From Macrostomum lignano (taxonomy: Eukaryota): DNA of 64,000 bases. Positions 22,321-33,242 of this stretch are shown piece by piece. Below the pieces are notes generated by a model. It saw only the letters and a list, made by a program, of their open reading frames with translations. It was not told the origin of the DNA and did not search any database. The stretch lies in NCBI GenBank assembly GCA_002269645.1, contig NIVC01000460.1, positions 372,001 through 436,000 on the forward strand, read 5' to 3'. The first letter of the stretch is position 1. Each line of letters begins with the position of its first letter. A program made the translations under genes and the position numbers.

Positions 22321-22969
22321 CTGGCCGAAAACGCCACAACCTCCGCCAACAGGCGGCCTGTCAAAAGTTCGCCGCCTGACGCTACGGACGCCCATCGACA
22401 GCCGGTGGCGGTCAGCGCCGCAGCAGCTTCTTGGTCGTCGGCGGCGACCCAGCCGACCAGCAGGAGGTGCCGGCTGGTTGCAGTCAGCGGACGAGGAAAC
22501 GCCAGCAGCTGCAGCTGCGCAGTTCCCGGACAGCGCGAGCCACTCAGAGCCGTCTGCAACGCCCGACCGGCCTTGAGAATGGCGGCCCTAGCCAGCAGCT
22601 GCGGCGGCAAAGCTGTTTGATCTGCATCCTTGTCGTCGCAGACAAGCCGCTCTAGCCTATCCAACACGGCACCGAAGCAGGGCGAGTCAGTGAGCAGCCG
22701 GGACAGCCACGGAAGCTCGCCCTGAGCACTCGCCAGATCGCAACCGACAGCCGAGTGGGGCAGGACTTCGTCTTTAGTCAGCAGCACTTTCTCAGCGGCT
22801 TCGAACCCGTGGCGCGGCTCAAGGAAGACTGCGGCGGTCAGGTAGAGCCTGTCAGGCTTGGGCCGGCGTGTCAGCTTGGAGTCGCCAAGGCCCGCGAACG
22901 AGGCGAACAGGCGGCGAAGACCGCCGGCTCTGTGATGCAAACTCGAGTGGTGCTCCACGCCGTTGGGTT
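22321..22969 (-). CDS. ANKFN1: ANKFN1-like exon 2
   Basis: cccag acceptor (phase 1), GTAGGT donor (phase 2); RLYLTAAVF...VLLTKDEVLP motif. Confidence 0.75.
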
Positions 22970-23033
22970 CTGGGCGGGTTGGGAGCGGGTTGTTTGTTTT
23001 CTAATTGGGGCTTGTGACCTCAGAATCTAACAC

Positions 23034-23600
23034 GTCGTGACCTCAGAATCTAACAGGTCGTGACCTCAATCACTAACAGGGCGTGACCTCAGAATCTAAC
23101 ACGTCGTGACCTCAGAATCTAACACGTCGTGACCTCAGAATCTAACAGGGCGTGACCTCAGAATCTAACAGGCTGTGACCTCAGAATCTAACAGGTCGTG
23201 ACCTCAGAAGCTAACAGGTCGTTACCTCAGAATCTAACACGTGACCTCAGAATCTAACACGTCGTGACCTCAGAATCTAACACGTCGTGACCTCAGAATC
23301 TAACACGTCGTGACCTCAGAATCTAACACGTCGTGACCTCAGAATCTAACAGGGCGTGACCTCAGAATCTAACAGGCTGTGACCTCAGAATCTAACAGGC
23401 TGTGACCTCAGAATCTAACAGGTCGTGACCTCAGAATCTAACAGGGCGTGACCTCAGAATCTAACAGGGCGTGACCTCAAAATCTAACACGTCGTGACCT
23501 CAGAATCTAACAGGTCGTGACTTGAGAATGACCTCATGACCTCAGGATGTGAACTCAGGTTGTGACCTCAGGATGTGACCTCAGAATGTGACACGATGTG
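23034..23600. repeat. Minisatellite, 23-bp unit (gtgacctcagaatctaacacgtc), intron 1
   Basis: Tandem unit read directly. Confidence 0.93.
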
Positions 23601-23649
23601 ACCTTGTAATGTGAAACGATGTGACCTCACATCGCACATGTCAACTCAC

Positions 23650-25092
23650 CGTCGCCATCCTGAACGCCGCGGTCTTTCAGCCAGGCGGCCAGCTCAGAGT
23701 TCAACGACACTCTCAACTGGGACACTGCGGCCAGCGGCGGAGGCGCCATCGGTCTGTCGCTGGCAGCAGCCTCGGCCGCATCCGCCTGCCACCAGGCCGA
23801 CGGAACAACGTCGCCCTCGTCAGCGTAGGCGAAGCGACTCCAGCCGGCCAACCCGAAGGCGGACACCCGTACGGACACGGGCAGACCGGACGCGAGGCCG
23901 CTGATCAAGCAGCTGACCGACGGCTGCCTGATGGCCACTTCCCGGCTGCTCCAGTCGGCGCCGACGTCCGGCTGGCGCCAGTCGACTCGAAAAAGCGCCG
24001 CCGTTGGGGCCAACATAGCGACGTCTGTCAGCAGAGTGACTTGAACGGCGTCGGCCGAGACGGCCTCCACGCTGACGCTTGACGGCGGATTCGGCGGCTG
24101 CAGGAGGCGAAGGCAGGACAGGAGGGTTGCGGCGGCCTCGCTGCCGGTCTGGTCAGCCAGGCGGGAGAGATGCCGCTCCATGCCGTCCAGCGGCCGAGGG
24201 TTGTTGGCCCCCGCGGCCGACGCCTCCTGGTTGTTGGCGGACTGCAGAGCCGCTGCTGACGCCCGATGGTCGAGCAGCATGGCCAGCTCCAGCGGGCACA
24301 GCTGCAGCTCGTTGGTGCACCCAGCCAGGTGAGGCCGGCGGGACAGAATCTCGCCAACCGCACTGGCGTCGTTGGATTCCACGGCCTCGAATAGCCTGCG
24401 AGCGTCCTCCTGCAGAGTGGTGGTGACGGCTGGAGCTTCCGTCCTGCCCGGAACTGGTCGGCGAGAATGCTGCCTGGTGCTGCTGCTGCCGCTTCCGGCT
24501 ACGCTTCCGGTCGCGCTTCCGGTGGAACTTCCTGATGGAGCTACTGCTACGGAGCGAAGATTTAGTTCTACATCATGATTGACACTTCCGGTTGCGCTTC
24601 CGGTGGCACTTCCGGAAATTTCAAACGCAGTTGCTACGGAGCGAGGATTGTAGCTTCCATTCTGGCGAGCACTTCCGGCTGCGCTTCCGGTGATATCTGA
24701 TGGCGCGACTACTACGGAGCGAAGATTAAAGTCTACGGCCTGGTTGGCACTTCCGGTGGCATGTCCAGAGCGAAGATCGTAGCTCCCATTCTCGCGAGCA
24801 CTTCCGGTGGTGTTTATCGATGCGGCTCCTGCCTGACGGGCACTTCCGGTGGTGTTTATCGATGCGGCTCCTTCCTGACGGGCACTTCCGGTCCAAGCGG
24901 CTGCATTGGCGGTCATCCCGTTCAGCTGCATCAACTCCCAGCTGCTTGGAAACCAGGGTGGCTGGCGCTGCTGCTGTTGCTGAGTCGCCGTCGTCAACTT
25001 CGACGTCGGGTCGACGTTGCAACTACGGCGAGTCAACGATGACGATCTTTGATGATGCCGAAGTGGCCGGTGCTGATGCTGACGAGGTCTTG

Positions 25093-25123
<31 letters not shown>

Positions 25124-25165
25124 TAGTCTTTGTTGCGGAGCGCCAGAGGCTGGCGGCTGCTGCAT
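23650..25165 (-). CDS. ANKFN1: ANKFN1/wide-awake-like first coding exon (polyQ, TGS repeats, ankyrin repeats, FN3)
   Basis: LFEAVESND...LCPLELAMLLDH (ankyrin); PPNPPSSVSVEAV...FRVDW...ISGLASG...VRVSAFGLAGWS...PSAW (FN3). Join 25165-23650, 22969-22321, 21929-21323, 19136-18618 = 3291 nt, 1096 aa. Confidence 0.8.
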
Positions 25166-25343
25166 GGCGCTACAGTGCCGCTACATTGGTGGACAGTCAG
25201 CTGGGAGTGCCTGCTAGACCTGGCGCGGCGAAGGTTTGAGGAAGAATGCGAGGAAAGCTATAGAAAAGAGCGACTGCCAGATTAAATGCTCTGATTATTT
25301 GGGGTACATGTCAATTAGGGGTTGTGCTCACTAATAGCTAATC

Positions 25344-26052
25344 ATGGGGATTTCTCATGGGTAGCTGATCAGGGGGATTTCTCATTGGTAGCTGATCAGG
25401 GGGATTTCTCATGGGTAGCTGATCAGGTGGATTTCTCATGGATACCTGATCAGGGGGATTTCTCATTGGTAGCTGATCAGGGGGATTTCTCATGGGTAGC
25501 TGATCAGGGGGATTTCTCATTGGTAGCTGATCAGGGGGATTTCTCATTGGTAGCTGATCAGGGGGAATTCTCATTGGTAGCTGATCAGGTGGATTTCTCA
25601 TGGATACCTGATCAGGGGAATTTCTCATTGGTAGCCGATCAGGGGGAATTCTCATGGGAGCTGATCAGGGTGGAATTCTCATTGGTAGCTAATCAGGGGG
25701 AATTCTCATTGGTAGCTAATCAGGGGGAATTCTCATTGGTAGTTGATCAGGGGAATTCTCAATGGTAGCTGATCAGGGGGAACTCTCATTGGTAGCTGAT
25801 CAGGGGGAATTCTCACTGGTAGCTGATCAGGGGGAACTCTCATTGGTAGCTGATCAGGGGGAATTCTCATTGGAAGCTGATCAGGGGGAATTCTCATTGG
25901 TAGCTGATCAGGGGGAATTCTCATTGGAAGCTGATCAGGGGGAATTCTCATTGGTAGCTGATCAGGGGGAATTCTCAATTGTAGCTGATCAGGGGGAATT
26001 CTCATTGGTAGCTGATCAGGGGGAATTCTCATTGGAAGCTGATCAGGGGGAA
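25344..26052. repeat. Minisatellite, 27-bp unit (ggtagctgatcagggggaattctcatt), ~26 copies
   Basis: Tandem unit read directly. Confidence 0.95.
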
Positions 26053-27164
26053 TGCTCACAAGGACTACTCAAAATACATTACGGAGATAAAGTTTTCATT
26101 TTTTCAGCAAAAAAAATTTTTTCGCTTTTGATAGTTACGAGTAAGCAGACCCAATGTTCATCTTTTGATATGTCTTACCCTTCTTATAGCTCTATTGATA
26201 TTCATAAAATTAGTATTCATAAATTCTATATCCTACGTACAACCGTACGTTGTTGCCGAAAAGAATCATAAAAATGGCACATCTCGACCCATTTTTGGTT
26301 TTATGAATCTATTTGATCATTTTTAGCTTGATGATGATTGTCAAGCTAAAAAATAAAACCTCTTACCTGGTTCCAGATTGCAGAGACAGAGAGCGAGTGA
26401 AACAGAAGAATCCAATGGTATCAGTTAGCAGCTGAATGGTATTTCACAGCATTCGGGTGTCACAATATTTTATATAAAAAGGACCGATGAGACTCAACAC
26501 GAACTCAAGAAGATCTGATGAGAGAAGAGACGGACATGACAGCGGGTCAAAACTACCCCCACCTTTTAGCCCGCAGGAGTTTAATGAGAACCCCCAACAA
26601 ACCCCTGCTGCTGTTTCTCTATCTCACAGCTCGCACGCAGCGAGTTTAGCTCGGCCCTCTCAAAGTGTACACAGCAACACAACCCCTGCCCCCCCCCTAG
26701 GACTATACAGAGCCACTGCTTGAGCACGGCGTGCTTTCAATTGTTTTCCTGTCTAGCAAATCTCTTTGCTATTAGTTTTGCAGTTGGGTCTGTTTGATAG
26801 ACAGAAACACATAGCCAGCCTCTCTAAGAATTAAGTACACTCTGATGATGCATATGATATGCTGTGCGTTGAACAGTGAGAATCAGATTTCAATGTTTTT
26901 TCAAGTCCATTGCTTTTAAGATGTTTCAAACAGTTATTATGTTTGCTGCAGCAATTGAGCACGATAAAAATGCATCGATAGCAAAGGCTTTCATTATATT
27001 TGTTGCATAAAAAACTAGACATCGAATGTATTCACAAATTTTCTGTTAAGCCTGATAAAATAGATGAGTAGTTACAAAAGCAAACACCCGCAATTATAAA
27101 GTAACATATTAATTACTCATATGACCCAATTCGGTAGGTCAATGACCCTTTTGAATCACACATG

Positions 27165-27650
27165 TTAATGAACTTTATGACTCACACAAGTAGATCAATG
27201 ACCTTTATGACTCACACAAGTAGATCAATGACCTTTATGACTCACACAAGTAGGACAATGACCTTTATGACTCACACAAGTATGTCAATGACCCTTATGA
27301 CTCACACAAGTAGATAAATGACCTTTATGACTCACACAAGTAGGACAATGACCTTTATGACTCACACAAGTATGTCAATGACCCTTATGACTCACACAAG
27401 TAGATCAATGACCTTTATGACTCACACAAGTATGTCAATGACCCTTATGACTCACACAAGTAGATCAATGACCTTTATGACTCACACAAGTAGGTTAATG
27501 ACCTTTTTATGACTCACACAAGTAGGTTAACGACCTTTATGACTCACACAAGTAGGTTAACGACCTTTATGACTCACACAAGTAGGTTAATTACCTTTAT
27601 GACTCAGACAAGTATGTTAATGACCTTTATGACTCACACCTTTATGACCT
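27165..27650. repeat. Minisatellite, 30-bp unit (atgacctttatgactcacacaagtagatca)
   Basis: Tandem unit read directly; contains TGACTCA. Confidence 0.93.
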
Positions 27651-27719
27651 TTATGGCCCCTGAATGATACGCATAGATAAATGAGCGTATGACCAAGCAT
27701 GGATAACAGACAGAAAGAG

Positions 27720-28013
27720 TCATTTGGCAGAGTCCCCAGTTCCGTCCACTTCCCACAGGTGAATATTCTTAGCCTTAACCGCTCGCATTACGCACTCCTT
27801 ATAGGATGAGAACAACGAGTCGCAGTCGTTAGTTCGCTGGCCCTGAAGAAATCTGGGAAAGAAATCTTTAAAGCAGGCATCGTACTGCTCTTTGAGCTGG
27901 TTGCACTCGGGGCTGAGGCTGGGAACGCTGGGCAGAGTGGCTGGCAGCGAGGGCTCCGTCTGCTGCTTCTGCTTATCTGCTGTCGCCTCGCTTGTTGGCT
28001 GATTGGTTGCCAT
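27720..28013 (-). CDS. TRIAP1: TRIAP1/Mdm35 twin-CX9C mitochondrial intermembrane-space lipid-transfer chaperone
   Basis: SLSPECNQLKEQYDACFKDFFPRFLQG...CDSLFSSYKECV; single coding exon, 97 aa. Confidence 0.93.
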   Translation of the reverse strand: MATNQPTSEATADKQKQQTEPSLPATLPSVPSLSPECNQLKEQYDACFKDFFPRFLQGQRTNDCDSLFSSYKECVMRAVKAKNIHLWEVDGTGDSAK

Positions 28014-28254
28014 GCAAGATTAGAGCATACCGTCCTTTCTTTGGCTATGGACTTTCTAATTAGCTGAGCATTCAGCTGAAATCAAGATTGATAAGTTCAC
28101 CGGGTTAATACAGGTAGTATGACTCTGCTTGAGCAACAGGTGCAGAACTCTTAATGGCCTGTACATAACTCGTATGACCCATGTCAGCGACAGGTCTATG
28201 ACTGAATGACCTCTGTGTCTACCGTGATTATGACTCAAACACTCCCTCTGTTTC

Positions 28255-28850
28255 TGAGATTATGACTCAATCACCTCCTGTGTCTTTGATTATGACTCAA
28301 TCACCCCTGTGTCTTGATTATGACTCAAATCACCCCCTGTGTCTTTGATTATGACTCAATCACCCCTGTGTCTTTGATTATGACTCAAATCACCCCATGT
28401 GCCTTTGATTATGACTCAAATCACCCCATGTGTCTTTGATTGACTCAATCATCCCCTGTGTCTTTGATTATGACTCAAACACTCCCTCTGTTTCTGAGAT
28501 TATGACTCAATCACCCCTGTATCTTTGATTATGACTTAATCATTCCCTGACTTTTATTATGACTCAATCATCCCCTGTGTCTTTGATAATGACTCAATCA
28601 CCCCATGTGTCTTTGATTATGACTCAATCATCCCCTGTGTCTTTGATTATGACTCAATCATCCCCTGTGTCTTTGATTACGATTCAATCATCCCCTGTGT
28701 CTTTGATTACGACTCAATCATCCCCTGTGCCTTTGATTATGACTAAATCACCCCTAAGTTTTTTATTATGACTCAATCACCCCTCTGTTTTTGATTTATG
28801 ACTCAATCACCCCCTGTGTCTTTGATTATGACTCAATCGCCCCTGTGTGG
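28255..28850. repeat. Minisatellite, ~30-bp unit (attatgactcaatcacccctgtgtctttg)
   Basis: Tandem unit read directly; contains TGACTCA. Confidence 0.93.
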
Positions 28851-29125
28851 CAGGTATGACTCTACGAACCCTTTATAGAGAGGCTTCCCAAACTGCTTGA
28901 CTTTCTGAAGCGTGTGTTAAAGATCCATGACTCAACGCACTACCAACCATAAGCAGGTGAGTAGAGATAAAAGATAGCGCCGTAAATAATAAATTTCGGT
29001 AATTACATAACTGTTTACTAACAGCATTACGTCTGACTTAGTTTAATACACAATAGAATAAAAGTAATTTACAAAAGCAGTAGAGTTATTATTAGTACAT
29101 ATTGCAATAAACTGTAATTAGTTAA

Positions 29126-31484
29126 CCCCTAGACTGCGTTGATGAGTTCATGCCATAGACACAGTTTGCGGCTTGGCCTGCCCTGCAGGCCATGAACATT
29201 TTTTAATCTTTGGCTGACACGTCTTTAGTTTGCGGTTGCAGCTCCTACTGAGTATTTAGTCTTTGAAACTTTTGGATTGTATTTGTACAGCTTGTGGCTC
29301 AGTTTTTAAGCTAGAGCAGTTTCTATTAACGTCCTTTTCAATTTTTTAACACTACTTATCGTCATTATGGCTCAAGCGGAGCATTTTGATACTGATACTG
29401 ATCCGAGTTTGAAGAAGGAGACGACAGTTTTTTCACTGATGATGAGGACGAAACCGAACAAGGAGGCATGGAAATGCAAGAGGTAGATGAAGGCTTAGCC
29501 GCTGCCCATGGTGCAACCAATGTTTGGCATGCATGCCACCCTGGCCAAGATCAGAAGCCGAACCAGGACCCGGAGTTCCTTGGCATGCCAGGTGTCAATC
29601 CGGATTTGCCGCAACCCGAGAACGCTGACGAAGATCCAGTAGCTTTCAGCCGAATGTTTCTGACACCCGAATTGCTACAGAAGCTGTGCGACTGGACGAA
29701 TGCTCGAGCGTGGCGCGAGTTCGAAGATCTTCAGGATGAACAGCTACCATCGCGATTTTCCAGCTGGAAGGATGTCACTGTAAATGAGATTTCAAAGTTC
29801 GTCGCAATGTCCCTTTATATGGGAGTAGTAAAAAAACCGGAAGTGACCCACTATTGGTCTAAAAGCGGGTTCTATTCTACGCCATTCTTCCAGCAGCAAG
29901 CATGTCTGCCAAGAGACAGGTTTCAGCAGATCAGCAGTCTACTACGCTTCTATGACTGCTCCAACTTTGACGCCGCTGATCCTCTGGCTAAGGCCAGGCC
30001 CTTCATCAACTGTGTGTCGCGGATCTGCCGGAACGTGTACATGCCAGAGAAGGAGCTAAGCGTAGACGAAGAACTGGTGCTGTTCAGAGGAAGAGTACTG
30101 TTCCGCCAATATATTCCAGCAAAGAAAGCGCGGTATGGCATTAAAATTTATTGCTTGTGCGAGGCAAAAACAGGTTATGTTTGCAACTTTCTTGTGCATT
30201 CGAGCAAAGCCGAGAATGATAAGTTTGGTCAAGATCTGGGATGTGAAGGACTTTCGATGAGCGAGAAGGTGCTGGTTGAGACATGCCGATATGTACTGGA
30301 CCTTGGCTACCATGTCGTTTGCGACAGCTGGTTCGGATCGCATCGCCTAGCAGACTACCTGCTGCATCACGGCACACTGCTGACCTGCACAGTGCGTGCA
30401 AACCGCGGTGTCCCCGTTGAATTGAGAGATCTGGCCGTGCCCGCTCCAGGCTGTGCCTTCATCCGAAGCGGCAGTGTACTTGCTGTGAAGTACGTCGTCA
30501 GAAAGGCATCTGGTACAAAGACGGTGTATTTTATTGACACCAAAAATGCCGCCGCCATTCAACATGTTCACCGCACCATTCAAGGCAATCAGGAAGTTGT
30601 CGAACTCAAGCCTCTAACAGCAACATCGTACAATAGCTTTATGGGCGGTGTTGATAAGCTGGACTCTGGCCTACAGCCGTATAGCCCAAACAGAAGGACA
30701 CAAAAGTGGTTTGCCAAGCTAGGGGCTAGGGGTTGTGTACCAGTCTCGTGGCGGCTCGTACGACTTCCTGAAGTTCCTGGAATTAACCATCAAGGGCTTC
30801 ATCCAGACTACTGGACCTGCACGGAGCCGGCAAATTCAAGCACAACCTGGCACAGGACCCAATAGGCAGCAGCATCTCCTGAAGCGCCTCCGGCCAACAG
30901 GTGCCCAGGCTCGGCCAGCCAAGCGTTGCAGACAGTGTTACAAGAGTGGCCGAGTCAAGAAAACTGTCTATTGTTGCGATCACTGCCAGGGAAATCCAGG
31001 TTTTTGTGCTGTGCCCTGCTTCGGAGATTGGCATGCCAATCAAAATTAATTATAACTATTTGTTAAATTGTGACTCACCTGCTGTTATGCCTATGACTGC
31101 TACTCGTACTTGGTGTTATCGATGTTTGTTGGTCGTTGTTGAATTACTCGCTTATCATTTTAAACTTGTTCGTATTACTTGTTTTCGTAAATTTTTCACT
31201 ATGTCTTTGAACTTTTATTCACTATTCCAATGACTGTTTAGAAAATATATTCACACTTCATAACCCGTTTAGTATCCCTGTTGCGCCATAGTATAGAAAA
31301 AATCAGCTGTTAAAAGGAACAAAAAAATTACTTAAAACAACCGACTTTTTCATGGCCTGCTCTGCAGGCCACAGCCGCAAACTAAGACTCATTAGAAATA
31401 TTTTAACATATCAGCAGCAAATTGAGCCGCAGACCATAGATATGAGACCATGACCTGCAGAGCAGGCCATCCGCAGTCTTGGGG
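29126..31484 (+). mobile_element. piggyBac DNA transposon, 2359 bp, full length
   Basis: TTAA on both sides (29122-29125, 31485-31488); 13-bp TIRs CCCCTAGACTGCG / CCCCAAGACTGCG; subterminal inverted repeats; DDD transposase. Confidence 0.95.
29367..31049 (+). pseudogene. piggyBac transposase with a 5' frameshift (~29404) and a deletion/frameshift at ~30720 separating the Cys-rich domain
   Basis: Catalytic D in SVDEE, VCDSWF, GGVDKLD within 29468-30720; CRD (CRQC...TVYCCDHC...FCAVPCF..WH) in another frame (30735-31049); the region normally following KWxKKL appears to be missing. Confidence 0.85.
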
Positions 31485-31493
31485 TTAAAGGCT

Positions 31494-32016
31494 TCAAAGA
31501 ACGCCAACAAACTGTTGCTCCTTAACTGGCATAGTAACTTCATCATCAACTTCCAGCTGTCCAGCATCCGCCTCATCCTCCTGGCGAATCGGAACCCGAC
31601 AGCTAAGCAGAGGCTCAACATCGGCAGATGCGGCCTCCTTATGCCGAGTCTCCAGGTGCTTGCGCAGGTGACTCTTCTGCTTGAAGCAGAGCCGATTTGG
31701 GCACAGCGGGCACAGCAGCAGGTATTTCGGATGGACATTCTTCCTATGCTGCAGGTACTGATACCGGCTGCTAAACACTTTGTCGCAATGGACACAAGTC
31801 AGCCGATCAATGCTAGTTGAAGTGTTATTGTGCTTAGTAGACAGGTGCTGGGACAGGCCGGACCGACTGCTGAAGGACTTCTCGCACAGGTGGCACACAG
31901 TGGCCGCTGGGCCACCAGACCGGCTGCCGGGCGTGGAGACAGGCAGGATCGGCGGCTCGCAGTCCTCCAGAGCGGGGTGGGCGCTCAGCAGATGGCTGTG
32001 CAGGAGACGGGAAGAT
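31494..32016 (-). CDS. C2H2 zinc-finger protein, exon 2
   Basis: ccaccgcag acceptor completes CEHCGRAYA/SSRLLHSHLLSAH; further fingers CHLC..HLSTKH, CVHC..HRKNVH, CPLC..HLETRH; TGA. Confidence 0.88.
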
Positions 32017-32039
32017 CTGCGGTGGAGGGAAATGAGTTA

Positions 32040-32590
32040 TCCTCGGTTAGCGATCCCAAATATCCTAAATCCTCGGTTAGCGATCCCAAATATCCTAAAT
32101 CCTCGGTTAGTGATCCTAAATATCTTATATCCTCAGATGGCAATCCCAAATCCTCAGATAGCAATCCCAAATCCTCAGATGGCAATCCCAAATCCTCAGA
32201 TAGCAGTCCCAAATCCTCAGATAGCAATCCCAAATCCTCAGATAGCAATCCCAAATCCTCAGATAGCAATTCCAAATCCTCAGATAGCAATCTCAAATCC
32301 TCAGAAAGCAATCCCAAATCCTCAGATAGCAATCCCAAATCCGCTAAATCCCAAATCCTTAGATAGTAATCCCAAATCCTCAGATAGCAATCCCAAATCC
32401 TCAGATAGCAATCCCAAATCCTCATATAGCAATCCCAAATATCCCAAGAACCCAAGGCTAGCGATCCCAAGTATCCCAAAAATCCAAGGCTAGCGATCCC
32501 AAAAATCCCAAGAATCCTCAGCTAGAAATCCCAAATCCTCAGATAGCGATCCCAAATATCCCAAAAATCCAAGGCTACCGATCCCAAATG
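32040..32590. repeat. Minisatellite (agatagcaatcccaaatcctc), zinc-finger gene intron
   Basis: Same family as 17520-18350, opposite orientation. Confidence 0.93.
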
Positions 32591-32607
32591 CTCAGTTTAG
32601 CGCTTAC

Positions 32608-33242
32608 GCATAGGCCCGTCCGCAGTGCTCGCACACGTGAATCGCTCTCAGCTTGGATGAAGCCACGGCCACCGCCGCGGACGCGGAGACGGGCTGCGAG
32701 GCTGGCGCGGCACTGGCGGAGGCCACAGCGGCCAGGGCGCCAGCGGAATCGTCGTGCTGAACCAGCTGATGCTGCAGCAGCTGCCATTTGCGCTGGGCTG
32801 AATGACCGCAGAGTCCGCAGACCAGCAGCTCGAGATGAGTAGCCATATGAGCCGCCAGAGTCGAACCAGTAGAATCTTCGTCAGAAACCACGGTCTGCTT
32901 GCACAGAGGGCAGGTGCCCCGCTGTTGTTGCTGGTGCAGTTGATGAGGCTCAGTAGGAAGCTGGGACACGCTAACTGTAGAATCTGCATATCGAATCTCT
33001 GTGCCATCAAGTCTGATCTGCTCCTCCAGACGCGGCTCTGCGGTCAGTACAGCTCTGCGCCATTTCGGGCGGTGCCGAATTCGAAGCAGAACAATGCAGG
33101 GCAGGCTGCGGCTGGAGAGGCCCCGGGTAATGCCCTCAGTGACCGCCGGTTCGAGACTGTCCAGCGATATTTTCGGTATGTCGTCATAGAAATAGACAAA
33201 TTTGTTTAATTGACGGCCAATGAAAACTCTGCCTACAGCCAT
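32608..33242 (-). CDS. C2H2 zinc-finger protein, exon 1 (385 aa and six fingers in total if ATG 33242 is the start)
   Basis: CPLC..HMATH, CGLC..HQLVQH, CEHC; GTAAGC donor (phase 2). Start uncertain: a possible acceptor lies at 33233-33234. Confidence 0.8.

Noticed and set aside
25344-26052. CRISPR-like appearance of the 20-37-bp repeat arrays
   Set aside because: Units are head-to-tail with no unique spacers, there are no cas genes, and the context is eukaryotic
26367-26420. Possible non-coding upstream exon of the ANKFN1-like gene (minus-strand donor at 26366, acceptor at 25258)
   Set aside because: Supported only by splice-like motifs; the exon start cannot be delimited
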